Positions 1 through 8,585 of a DNA stretch of 32,000 nt are shown here, in pieces. The stretch spans positions 690,001 through 722,000 of the forward strand of contig CAVRAI010000015.1 of the NCBI GenBank assembly GCA_963718915.1, written 5' to 3'. The notes below the pieces were generated by a model that did not search any database, was not told where the DNA came from, and was given only the letters and a program-made list of their open reading frames with translations. The position numbers were made by a program, and so were the translations under genes. The DNA comes from an uncultured Chloroflexia bacterium. Lineage in GTDB: Bacteria > Chloroflexota > Ktedonobacteria > Ktedonobacterales > JADMIN01. The number at the start of each line of letters is the position of its first letter. The first letter of the stretch is position 1.

Positions 1-366
1 CTGGCGCGCATTGTCTCGTGGGGTATTGTCGGCGTGGAGCCGGACATCATGGGCATCGGGCCAGCTCCGGCCATTCGCCAGGCGCTCAAGCGCGCCGATA
101 TGACGCTGGATCAACTGGATCGCGTGGAGGTGAATGAGGCGTTCTCGGCGCAGTATCTGGCTGTCGAGAAAGACCTCGGTCTGGATCGCGAGAAGACCAA
201 CGTGCATGGTGGCGCGGTCTCGCTGGGTCATCCGCTCGCCGCCAGTGGTACACGCCTGGCAATGACGCTGGTGAACGAGCTACGACGCAACGGCCTGCGC
301 TATGGCGCCGCGTCGCTCTGCATCGGCGGCGGCCAGGGAATTGCCGCCATCTTCGAAGCGCTATAA
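1..366 (+). CDS. acetyl-CoA C-acetyltransferase (thiolase), C-terminal part; 5' end lies outside the window
   Basis: Frame 1 is open from base 1. The translation ...[56 protein letters not shown] carries the thiolase C-terminal signatures (NEAF, GGA.SLGHP..ASG, C.GGG.G). Confidence 0.9.
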   Translation: MARIVSWGIVGVEPDIMGIGPAPAIRQALKRADMTLDQLDRVEVNEAFSAQYLAVEKDLGLDREKTNVHGGAVSLGHPLAASGTRLAMTLVNELRRNGLRYGAASLCIGGGQGIAAIFEAL

Positions 367-656
367 CTACTCCCCCAATACGAGAACTGGTCTGGGATGT
401 TTGCTTCCACAGGCTCCCAGACCAGAGCATCCTGCCATGCGCCAGAGTATAGTCGCCCCGGCTCGCTGGTTCACATCAGATGCCGGGATACACAGGACGC
501 TCACCTTCATGATATACTCGTTATACTGCTTTCCCGGTGACATGCGCCCGCGCCGATGGATGCGCCCCGCGTGTTACGATACGTCACCACGCAATGATCG
601 CGGGTGATGGTGCTACGCCGCGCTGACGCACATACGCTCACACGGATCGGAATATT

Positions 657-2747
657 ATGGCGACATCACAAGATTCTGGAGACAGTAAGCAGTCTGGGCC
701 AGTTCCCAACGAATCTCCCAACCTCGACGAGGAGCCAACGGTGGTGCTGGGCATGGGCGCCGGTTCGGATGCGGCCACGGGAGAGTTGACGCCGCCCGAA
801 GGGATCTCCTCGCCACCACCGATTCCCACGCCAACGCTTGACGGCGATGGCGTGCTGGTCACGCATCTGGGCGAGCCATCGAAGGCGGCTCACGTTGCGG
901 GCGTGGCACGCGCCGCTCAGGCGCGCGCGCGTCAGGATGTTGCCTCGATAGCCGCTGGCCTCTCGGAAATCGCCGCCGCCATGCACCGCCTCGCCGGTTC
1001 GCTTGAGCCAGCCGCCGAAGGGCAATTCTCGGCTAATCTGAGCGATCCGCGCACCCGCCTGCTGGCGGAAGCGCTCGAGACCGCGCGCGCCGCCGATCTA
1101 CGCCTGGCGCAACTCGAGCATGCGCTCAAGCGGCTGAGTTCCTCGGTGCAGACCGCACAGGATAACGTCGCGGCGCTCCAGAACGAGCGCGAGCGGCTCT
1201 CGATGCTCTACCAGATTGCGCAGGATCTCAATACCTCGCTCGATCTTGACGACGTGCTGAGCCGTGTGCTCGACCAGCTCATCGACGTGGTGCATGCCGA
1301 GCGCGGCTTCCTGATGTTGCGCGACGCCTCAGGCGGGGATCTGCAATTCGCGGCGGCGCGCGGAGCCGATGGCCATCCGCTGGCCCAGGGTGATTTTGGA
1401 TTGAGCCGCAATATTGTGCGCGACGTCTGGGAGCGCCAGCGCCCGCTGCTGACCATCGATGCTCAGATGGATGAGCGGCTGCGACAGCACGAGAGTGTCG
1501 TGATTCAGGGTATTCACTCAGTCATGTGCGCGCCGTTACGGGTGCGCGGTGGCGCGGTGGGCGTCGTCTATGTGGATAGCCGGACGGAGCGCGCGCTCTT
1601 CGACAACGCGCATCTCGATCTGCTCGCCGCTTTCTGCAATCAGGCCGCCATCGCCATAGACAATGCCCGGCTCTTCGAGGATCTGCGCCACCATGTGCGT
1701 GAAATCACCGCGATGAAGACCTACATGGAGAATATCTACGCCTCCATTGCCAGTGGCGTCATTACCGCGGATACGGCTGGCATGGTGACGACCTTCAACC
1801 GGGCGGCTGAGGGCATATTTAACCTCGTCGCGTCCGGGGCTATCGGGCGGTCGTATCAGGAGGTGCTGGCGAGCATCGGCGACCCGACACTTGCCCATAT
1901 TCTCTTCCAGGCGATCAACGGCACGGCGGCGACGCTGGGGCATGAGGTGACGCGCACGTTACCCCAGCGCGGTGAGGTGAGCCTGCGGCTGAATGTCTCG
2001 CCGTTGCGCGCGGGGGACGGCCAGGGCGAGCCGCTGGGTGTCGCGATGGTGGTGGATGACCTGACTGAGTTGCGTCTGAGCCAGCGCCAGACCGAGGAGA
2101 TTCAGCGGCTCTTTGGGCGCTATGTGCATCCGGCGGTGGTGAGGCAGTTGCTGGCTGATTCGTCCGCCATCAACCTTGGCGGCGAGACTCGCGAGATTAC
2201 CGTGCTTTTCGCCGATATTCGCGGCTATACCCAACTCGCCGAGCGGATCGCTCCGGGAGAACTGGTACGAATCCTCAACGACTACCTCAACATTCTGACG
2301 GAGGCAATCTGGCACGAGGAAGGCACGCTGACGATGTTCATCGGCGACGCGCTGATGGCGATCTTCAACGCACCACTGCCGCAGGCGGACCATGCGACGC
2401 GGGCGGTACGGGCGGCCTGGGCGATGCGCGCGGCGCTCCAGCGACACCACGCGGCGCTGCCACCCGACGCCGAATCGGTTCACTATGGCATTGGCGTGCA
2501 TACCGGGTTGGCGGTCGTTGGTAACATTGGCTCGCGTGAGCGTCTGCAGAACTACACCGCCATTGGCGACGCGGTGAATATTGCCCAGCGACTTCAGGCA
2601 GGCGCCGCCGACCAGATCATCCTCAGCGCCGCGACCTATGGTGCGGTTGCCCCACTGGTTGTCGCCCATGCGCTCGATCCGCTGGTGGTCAAGGGCAAGA
2701 CGCTGCCGCTCCAGGTCTATCAACTCGACGGGCTGCAAGATATGTGA
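657..2747 (+). CDS. GAF/PAS-sensor class III adenylate/guanylate cyclase
   Basis: 696-codon ORF. It has an N-terminal low-complexity/coiled-coil-like segment and a GAF-like block (LDLDDVLSRVLDQLIDVVHAERGFLMLRD...VVYVDS). A PAS-like block follows (IYASIASGVITADTAGMVTTFNRAAEGIF). The C-terminus is a cyclase homology domain (REITVLFADIRGYTQLAE..MFIGDALMAIFNAP..GIGVHTGLAVVGNIGS..NYTAIGDAVNIAQRL). Confidence 0.85.
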   Translation: MATSQDSGDSKQSGPVPNESPNLDEEPTVVLGMGAGSDAATGELTPPEGISSPPPIPTPTLDGDGVLVTHLGEPSKAAHVAGVARAAQARARQDVASIAAGLSEIAAAMHRLAGSLEPAAEGQFSANLSDPRTRLLAEALETARAADLRLAQLEHALKRLSSSVQTAQDNVAALQNERERLSMLYQIAQDLNTSLDLDDVLSRVLDQLIDVVHAERGFLMLRDASGGDLQFAAARGADGHPLAQGDFGLSRNIVRDVWERQRPLLTIDAQMDERLRQHESVVIQGIHSVMCAPLRVRGGAVGVVYVDSRTERALFDNAHLDLLAAFCNQAAIAIDNARLFEDLRHHVREITAMKTYMENIYASIASGVITADTAGMVTTFNRAAEGIFNLVASGAIGRSYQEVLASIGDPTLAHILFQAINGTAATLGHEVTRTLPQRGEVSLRLNVSPLRAGDGQGEPLGVAMVVDDLTELRLSQRQTEEIQRLFGRYVHPAVVRQLLADSSAINLGGETREITVLFADIRGYTQLAERIAPGELVRILNDYLNILTEAIWHEEGTLTMFIGDALMAIFNAPLPQADHATRAVRAAWAMRAALQRHHAALPPDAESVHYGIGVHTGLAVVGNIGSRERLQNYTAIGDAVNIAQRLQAGAADQIILSAATYGAVAPLVVAHALDPLVVKGKTLPLQVYQLDGLQDM

Positions 2748-2863
2748 TGGCGCTGGTGTGTCTGAGGTTCCCTGCCGCAGACTGAAGATCCACGGCTAAT
2801 CCTGAGATGAGCGGGCCAGTTCGACGGGCAGGAAGCTGGAGCCAATCGCAGACGGTCTCGGCC

Positions 2864-3129
2864 TTAATGCAGTTTTACGATTTACCGGGGACAGCCATAT
2901 CGGCTGGCGGTTAAAACCGCGCCTGAACGGCCTCGCTGGCGCTCCGCCACAAAGCCTGCCTGCGCAGGCTCACCAGATCGCGCCCCACAGCGCGCTTGTG
3001 GGCGGGAGAGTCGTTGAAACCCGCGCAGGCGGGTTTTGTGGCCGCAGGCCGCTTAGGCGCGGTTTTAACCGCCCGCTCTCCGACGCAGCGGGATTACTCT
3101 GCCCCACGTAATTTCTAAAACCGCATTTA
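2864..3129. repeat. ~270 bp imperfect palindrome (nested inverted repeats) between convergent genes; possible MITE/REP-like element or bidirectional terminator
   Basis: The arms pair along the whole length around a centre near 2992. TTAATGCAGTTTTACGATTTACCGGGG (2864-2890) pairs with CCCCACGTAATTTCTAAAACCGCATTTA (3102-3129). GGCGGTTAAAACCGCGCCT (2906-2924) pairs with AGGCGCGGTTTTAACCGCC (3055-3073), a perfect 19 bp match. CCACAAAGCCTGCCTGCGCAGG (2947-2968) pairs with CCCGCGCAGGCGGGTTTTGTGG (3020-3041). The centre is CCCACAgcgcgctTGTGGG. Confidence 0.75.
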
Positions 3130-3156
3130 TGCCGCGACGTTGGCCCAACAGCAGCC

Positions 3157-4185
3157 TCACCCAAACATACCGCGCGTACGCTCAGTGGCTGCGACAGCCT
3201 CGCGCACCATCCGCTCGATCAGCACGCGGGCGGTTGGAATATCATGGATCAGGCCAACGCCCTCGCCCGCCCAGATGAAGCCTTCGTCGAGCCGCCCCTC
3301 GATGGCCGCGACCTTGTTCACCTCACCACGAATCAATGGATGGAGCGCCTCGAACGCCTCTTCACGGCTGGAGCCACGCCGAGTCAGATCCTCCTCGATG
3401 GCGAGGATGCGCTCCACCAGTGGGCCGCGCCGCAGGACACGCGCGGGTCGGCCCATCGTGCGCTCGATAATAACCGTGTCGGCCTCCGTCGCGGCCACCA
3501 GCGCATCCTTGTAGTTCTGGTGGGCGATGCACTCCTGCACAGCGATGAAGCGCGTCCCCAGTTCCACGCCCTCCGCGCCCAGCGCCAGACCCGCCGCCAT
3601 CCCCTGGCCATCCATGATGCCGCCGCTCGCCAACACTGGGATGCTCACCGATTCGACAATCTTCGGCGTCAGCACGAGTGTGCCAACATCGTCGCGTCCG
3701 AGATGGCCGCCGCCTTCATAGCCTACCGCGATCACCGCATCCGCGCCGAGGTCTTGCGCCTTGCGGGCCGCGCGAATCCCGGCGACCAGTACCATCGTCT
3801 TCGGTAGCGGATTCACACCGCTGGTGGCAATCTGGCGCAGCACGCCCTCAGGATTGCCAGCGGTGATCGAGATGACGTGCGCGCCCTCCTCCAGCGCGAC
3901 GGCGACGAATGGTTCGACGGGTATATGGCCCAGCGGGAAGTTGACACCGAACGGCATCGCGGTCAGCGTTTTCAGCCTGCGGATATCGGCGCGCATCTCC
4001 TCTGGCGTCTCGAAACAAGCCATGCCAATCTGGCCAAGCCCGCCTGCCTCAGAGACAGCGGCGGCCAGCCCGGAAAAAGCGAGGTGCGCCAGCCCGCCCT
4101 GGACAATGGGATAGCGGATGCCAAATAGCTCGGTGACACGAGTATGCATCGGCGACGGAGCAGCCTCGGATGTTGAATCAGCCAC
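3157..4185 (-). CDS. nitronate monooxygenase / FabK-like FMN-dependent oxidoreductase (NPD family)
   Basis: 342-codon ORF with a GTG start (complement of 4183-4185), 8 nt downstream of AGGAGG. The N-terminus FGIRYPIVQGGLAHLAFSGLAAAVSEAGGLGQIG and later ..VIAVGYEGGGHLG..IPVLASGGI.DG.. are typical of the TIM-barrel NMO/2-nitropropane dioxygenase family. Confidence 0.85.
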   Translation of the reverse strand: MADSTSEAAPSPMHTRVTELFGIRYPIVQGGLAHLAFSGLAAAVSEAGGLGQIGMACFETPEEMRADIRRLKTLTAMPFGVNFPLGHIPVEPFVAVALEEGAHVISITAGNPEGVLRQIATSGVNPLPKTMVLVAGIRAARKAQDLGADAVIAVGYEGGGHLGRDDVGTLVLTPKIVESVSIPVLASGGIMDGQGMAAGLALGAEGVELGTRFIAVQECIAHQNYKDALVAATEADTVIIERTMGRPARVLRRGPLVERILAIEEDLTRRGSSREEAFEALHPLIRGEVNKVAAIEGRLDEGFIWAGEGVGLIHDIPTARVLIERMVREAVAATERTRGMFG

Positions 4186-4407
4186 GCAAGATACCTCCTG
4201 GGACGGTGGGGAAATCGTGATATTGGCGCGCGTTAGGGTATTTTCGAGCGCGCGGTATATATCTGTAGCATAGCATGCGAAAGACGCCGGGAGATGTGCG
4301 GGCCGCTTTGGGATGCCAACAGCAGGGCGCCGTCACGCCAAAGCGGGCAGTATGTAGCTGGTTCAGATGGGAGCTGGTGTGGTATGCTGGCGGACAGACG
4401 CCAGCCT

Positions 4408-4492
4408 GGGGCGGTGGTGAAATGGCAGACACAGCGGACTTAAAATCCGTTGGGAGGAAACTCCCGTGAGGGTTCGAGTCCCTCCCGCCCTA
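4408..4492 (+). tRNA. tRNA-Leu (anticodon UAA), type II with long variable arm
   Basis: Manual cloverleaf fold. Acceptor GGGGCGG/CCGCCCT (G1-U72 wobble), D stem GTG/CAC with a GG-containing loop, anticodon stem GCGGA/TCCGT with loop CTTAAAA (anticodon TAA). The variable arm is T-GGGAG-GAAA-CTCCC-GT and the T arm is GAGGG-TTCGAGT-CCCTC, with discriminator A. No CCA is encoded. Confidence 0.9.
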
Positions 4493-5333
4493 CCCAAAAT
4501 ACATACAACACTCAGCACACTTATCGCATCGGAACCGTGAAATATCTTTACGCGCCTCACATTTCATCCCGGCGTTTCCTCGTTGGTGAAGGTGGCTTGA
4601 CTGCCCCGCGCTCGCGTGTATCAGGTTTCCCCGCTTGCAGCTTGCGCGATGCTCTTGCTTTTATATGATCGGATTGCCATTAATAAAATAAGTGGACTAA
4701 TAATCTATAGCAATAAATATACGAATATACATCGCGGACGTCCATTCGAGTATCTGAGCAAACGCTGGCTGTGTTTTACCGCCCATTTTCATCCCGTTGA
4801 TGACTTGTATTTTCCCTGCGAGCAGTTATACTAGGGATGCTCCTGAGGAGTGCGTCAGCGTTATTATTACCTCGCTTTCGTATCATGGTATGACCTTTCG
4901 GGCGGCATCAACAAAATGTACTATGCCCGCGCCTGGACATTACAGCAGGCGATAGGAGACACTCAGGCGCGTTCGCCATGGGGATTCGGCGCCTTTTTAC
5001 CAGAACGGCTGCCCGGCGCTGCCATTACCTACCCGTCCAGGAGCGCCGTTCATAAGGCGGTCTTGTAGCAGGTATCTGGCAGGCAACCCAACCAGCATCA
5101 CGTACGGTTCGACGACACCAGGATGAATCGTGAGGCGTAGACACCGGACATTGTACGTTTTCACTCCAGCGGCGACAGACCAGTCAAAGAAAAAGTGAGG
5201 TCTACTGGCGTCAAAGTCTGTAGAGAAGCAGACCAACTGAAGTACATCAACAGTTGGCAGACCCAACCTGGCGGCTTAGGGACCTATTGGGTAGATTAGC
5301 CCGATCCATTGTTGAGAGAAAGGTGAACTCATT

Positions 5334-6359
5334 ATGCCCGGTCTCCCCATTGGTATTCCCGCTGTGCCCGAGGCTATCACTAAGCGCATCTGGGATTTCG
5401 TTGTCCAGGGTATCGCAGATGCTTTCAAGTATCACGACAAAAAGGATATAGCGCGCCGCATCGAGGCTCTTCGCACGAGCCCCAACTTGCCGAGTCTCAT
5501 GACGGATGCTGTTCAGGAGGGGTGGCAGTACTGGCTCACCCACAGCCACGAGCATGCTATTATTGCCGCAGTGAAGCGCGATCTGCAGGATCACCTGCCA
5601 ACTCTTGTTGGTGTTAAACTCCTCGAAGCGCTGCAACGTCCCATTACTCGCCACGATGTGGAGGAGTATCTCGCGACCTGGTTCACAGAATTGCATAGCG
5701 GCGCCACGCTTGGAAAGTGTCGTGACGCCGCTCGCGATCTGCTTGATCGCATCTTACAGGCGACGCTGAGCGCGCCAGCTCTGCAGGATCTTGCTCAAGC
5801 TGTCCTCATGTGGGATGAAGCTCATCGGCGACCTCAACCAACACTTGGGCCTCGAATTGCCAAAGTGCGCGAGTGTGCTCGCGACCGCGCTCGCGCCGAC
5901 GGATATGCATTTGTGTCTTCAGCGCATCTCATGTATGGGCTTGCGAGCATTCAACCGCTCAGTTCCCCTCAGCAGATTCTTGGCACAAGGGGTATGGGGA
6001 TGAGTCCAGAGCAAATCCTCACAGCGATAGGGACTCTTCCACTCAGTGGTCGGCAAGAAGGTGGGCAGCTAAATAGCCCCGTGGAACCTGCGGAATCAGC
6101 GGGCATCAGAACGTTGCTTGGCGAAGCCCAGGCGCGTGCCGCTGAAGAGCATGCGCAGACTGTCGACGATGGCCATCTGCTGCGTGGCATCCTGGTGATT
6201 GTGGCTGACCGCTACTGCACCTGTAGCGGTAGCCTTCGTCTGCTGTTTAATCAGATGAACGTCGATCCGGTCTACTGGGCCAATAAACTCACCCAGGTGT
6301 ATGCCTGGCCCACGATCAACAACAGCATTGGGATGCGGTTGTCGGAATACGGCATCTAG
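5334..6359 (+). CDS. hypothetical protein with C-terminal Clp_N-like (Clp R) double repeat
   Basis: 341-codon ORF with ATG preceded by GAGAAAGG. The C-terminal half has two repeats resembling the Clp N-domain: AKVRECARDRARADGYAFVSSAHLMYGLASIQ...MSPEQILTAI and IRTLLGEAQARAAEEHAQTVDDGHLLRGILVIV...LFNQMNVDPVYWANKL. The N-terminal half is unrecognised. Confidence 0.6.
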   Translation: MPGLPIGIPAVPEAITKRIWDFVVQGIADAFKYHDKKDIARRIEALRTSPNLPSLMTDAVQEGWQYWLTHSHEHAIIAAVKRDLQDHLPTLVGVKLLEALQRPITRHDVEEYLATWFTELHSGATLGKCRDAARDLLDRILQATLSAPALQDLAQAVLMWDEAHRRPQPTLGPRIAKVRECARDRARADGYAFVSSAHLMYGLASIQPLSSPQQILGTRGMGMSPEQILTAIGTLPLSGRQEGGQLNSPVEPAESAGIRTLLGEAQARAAEEHAQTVDDGHLLRGILVIVADRYCTCSGSLRLLFNQMNVDPVYWANKLTQVYAWPTINNSIGMRLSEYGI

Positions 6360-6433
6360 CAAGGCATCAGCGAGCCACGTAGACAACCAGCAAGATACGC
6401 GCTCAATGATGAGAGCTGTAGGAGGAGGCGCTT

Positions 6434-8521
6434 ATGACCAACCAGGCTGGCAACGCGGGCACTCAGCCTCACCGCGCCGCGCAAGCCGATATTCCCGAAA
6501 TCGCCATCGGCACGCGCATCACTAACTTTAGCAATTTTGATATCACCGTGTCGGGGCTGGCTTCGGGCGGGATGGGGCTGGTCGTCTGGGGGCCCAACCG
6601 CGGAGGTGGTGGCAATGTGGAGGCCGTCAAACTGCCGCGCCCCGACCGGTTGGCGGCCGCCGATCCCCAACATCGGGCTGCTATCCTGGAGGACTTCGAG
6701 CGCGAGGCGCTCACCTGGTGTCATCTCTGGCGCCATCCCTGTATCGTCACTGCCGATAGCTTGCTGCTGTTGCGCGGACTGGGGGATCTGCCTGCGATCT
6801 TTCTCGAGTATGCGCCCAAAGGTTCGTTGCGTGATTTGCTTCATAAGGTGCATCGTCCAGGCAGCACACAGGCTTCGGGATTAGAGGGAGTCTTCGCCTG
6901 GGGGCAGATGATCGCCGAGGCGCTCGCCGTTATCCATCGGCCCGAGCCTGATCTCGATCGTCCGGAGCCACTGGTGCATTGCGACCTCAAACCCGAGAAC
7001 GTGCTGCTCGATGAGTGGGGCTGGGCGATGCTGACCGACCTGGGGCTGACCCGTGCCCTCGCCTCTCTCGCCGACACCGCGCCCCAGCCATCCGCTGGTA
7101 CCTTACCTGCGTCCGATGGCAGCGGTGGCGCAATGGAATTGAGCGAGTTGAGCGCGGAGCAGCAGGCGCAGGTGGCGCAGATGCGGCGCTTATTGGCCCA
7201 GGCAGGTATCACCGACATCACCCCACCCGCCACACCGACGGCGTCGCCATCTGATGGAGCGCTCTACAGCACGCGTACCATCTGTGTCTCGCCTGCCCTG
7301 CAAGCGGCTCTTACTGCTGCCCTGGCCGCTGCAGGGGACGGTTCGGCACAGTCCGCGCAACGTTCGCTGCCCGCGCTCCCTGCTCTTTCGCCCAGCGCGA
7401 CGGCGGTGATTGCGCGGATGGGCAGCCGTGGGCAGGTGGCGGGCACGCCACCCTATATGCCCCCCGAACAGTGGCTGGGACTGGATGCGGTCGAACCGGC
7501 GAGTGATGTCTATGCGTTGGGGGTGCTGCTCTTCGAGTTGTTCGCCGGGGTGGGGGGACGCGCGAGCTATCCGCACACCCCTGATCCCGTCTTGACACTA
7601 ACGGCCGGGCCGTTCGCCGCGTGGTGCGCCGCGCATGCGGGTGGACCGAGTCGCCGTCTCGCCGATGTAGAGGTGCGCGCGCTGAGCGATGGGCCGCTGG
7701 TGAAGTTAGTCCAGGAGGGGCAGCAGCCACTGGCGGAGGAGGTGCTCGCGGGGTTGGATGCCTTGATTGGCGACTGTCTGGCGGTCTCACCACAGGCGCG
7801 TCCGACGGCGCAGCGGGTGCGGGAGCGGTTAGCGACGCTGGCCGAGCAGGCGCGAGTGAAACCGCTGTCTATTCCAGTGTATCCACGTACCGACGAGAGT
7901 AAGGCAATCTTCTGGGGCAACCTGGGCATCACCTATGGTGAGATGGGACAGCATGAGGAGCAGTTGCGTCTGCTGCGGAAGTCGATTACGCTCACGCCTG
8001 ACAATCCCCAACGGCTTGAGACGTTGGGGATTGCGCTCAACGAGTTAGGACGAGCCGAACGACAATCAGCGCAACAAGCGAGAATAGCGGGCGAATATGC
8101 CCGAGCACAGGCGTTCGAGGCGCAGGCGCGTGCTCATCTGGAGGAGGGTGTGCGCATCTTCCAGGAGGCAGAAGGGCTACTAACCCCTGAGCAACTTGAA
8201 CGTTATTCACATCTGGCGAATTCGACTGCCTACAACCTGGGTGTAGTACTCTGCGATCTGGAACGCTATGCCGAGGCGGTGGCGGCGACCGAACGGGCGC
8301 TAGTTGCTGATCCCAACGATGCCATGTCCTTTCGCCACCTGGCACTCGTCTACTTGCGTTGGGCCGAGGAGGCGGAGACTCCTGCTGCTTTACAGGTGGA
8401 GAGGTTAGAGAAGGCAGAGGCGCAAATGCGGCAAACGCTCGCGATCGCTCCGCACTTCGTTAGCGGGCAGACGTTGCTGGATTCCATCCAGCGCGAGTTG
8501 GCCGCCGCACGCCGCGCATGA
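6434..8521 (+). CDS. Ser/Thr protein kinase (non-RD, HCD/DLG) with activation-segment insertion and C-terminal TPR domain; paralog 1
   Basis: ATG 6 nt after AGGAGGAGG. Kinase motifs: SGGMGLVVWG (Gly loop), AVKLPRP (Lys), DFEREALTW (Glu), HCDLKPENVLL (catalytic loop), LTDLGLTRAL (DFG equivalent), GTPPYMPPEQW (APE equivalent), DVYALGVLLFEL, ARPTA. The TPR-like tail is AIFWGNLGITYGEMGQHEEQLRLLRKSITLTPDNPQ.. plus further repeats. Confidence 0.85.
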   Translation: MTNQAGNAGTQPHRAAQADIPEIAIGTRITNFSNFDITVSGLASGGMGLVVWGPNRGGGGNVEAVKLPRPDRLAAADPQHRAAILEDFEREALTWCHLWRHPCIVTADSLLLLRGLGDLPAIFLEYAPKGSLRDLLHKVHRPGSTQASGLEGVFAWGQMIAEALAVIHRPEPDLDRPEPLVHCDLKPENVLLDEWGWAMLTDLGLTRALASLADTAPQPSAGTLPASDGSGGAMELSELSAEQQAQVAQMRRLLAQAGITDITPPATPTASPSDGALYSTRTICVSPALQAALTAALAAAGDGSAQSAQRSLPALPALSPSATAVIARMGSRGQVAGTPPYMPPEQWLGLDAVEPASDVYALGVLLFELFAGVGGRASYPHTPDPVLTLTAGPFAAWCAAHAGGPSRRLADVEVRALSDGPLVKLVQEGQQPLAEEVLAGLDALIGDCLAVSPQARPTAQRVRERLATLAEQARVKPLSIPVYPRTDESKAIFWGNLGITYGEMGQHEEQLRLLRKSITLTPDNPQRLETLGIALNELGRAERQSAQQARIAGEYARAQAFEAQARAHLEEGVRIFQEAEGLLTPEQLERYSHLANSTAYNLGVVLCDLERYAEAVAATERALVADPNDAMSFRHLALVYLRWAEEAETPAALQVERLEKAEAQMRQTLAIAPHFVSGQTLLDSIQRELAAARRA

Positions 8522-8556
8522 GTGCGCGCAAGAGTGCGGCTTGGTATCTGATTGTT

Positions 8557-8585
8557 TTGAGTTGAGTTGAGTTGAGTTGAGTTGA
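8557..8585. repeat. pentanucleotide tandem repeat (GTTGA), 5 full copies plus a partial
   Basis: ttga-gttga-gttga-gttga-gttga-gttga read directly at 8557-8585. It lies between the stop of kinase paralog 1 (8521) and the ATG at 8606. Confidence 0.9.

Noticed and set aside
302-862. Short ORFs 302-607, 604-789 and 638-862 between the thiolase and the cyclase
   Set aside because: They overlap each other or the flanking genes, lack RBSs and have implausible composition. They are most likely non-coding intergenic sequence or the cyclase 5' region.
2970-3164. 64-codon minus-strand ORF within the palindrome
   Set aside because: It is generated by the palindromic element itself. It has no RBS or motif and overlaps the NMO gene's 3' end.
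4362-4388. Sigma-70-like promoter for the tRNA (TTCAGA ... TATGCT)
   Set aside because: The spacer is only 15 nt and the hexamers are weak matches. It is plausible but not supportable from sequence alone.
4997-5696. Minus-strand ORFs 4997-5266 and 5247-5696 in or next to the AT-rich spacer
   Set aside because: Neither has recognisable motifs. The second is antisense to the better-supported 5334-6359 gene. The first could be a gene fragment, but I cannot support a call.
8557-8585. CRISPR array (considered for this repeat, for 9731-9758, for 28764-28798 and for the periodic kinase copies)
   Set aside because: The units are 5-7 nt and directly abutting, with no spacers. The large periodicity is protein-coding paralogy. 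No cas genes are present.
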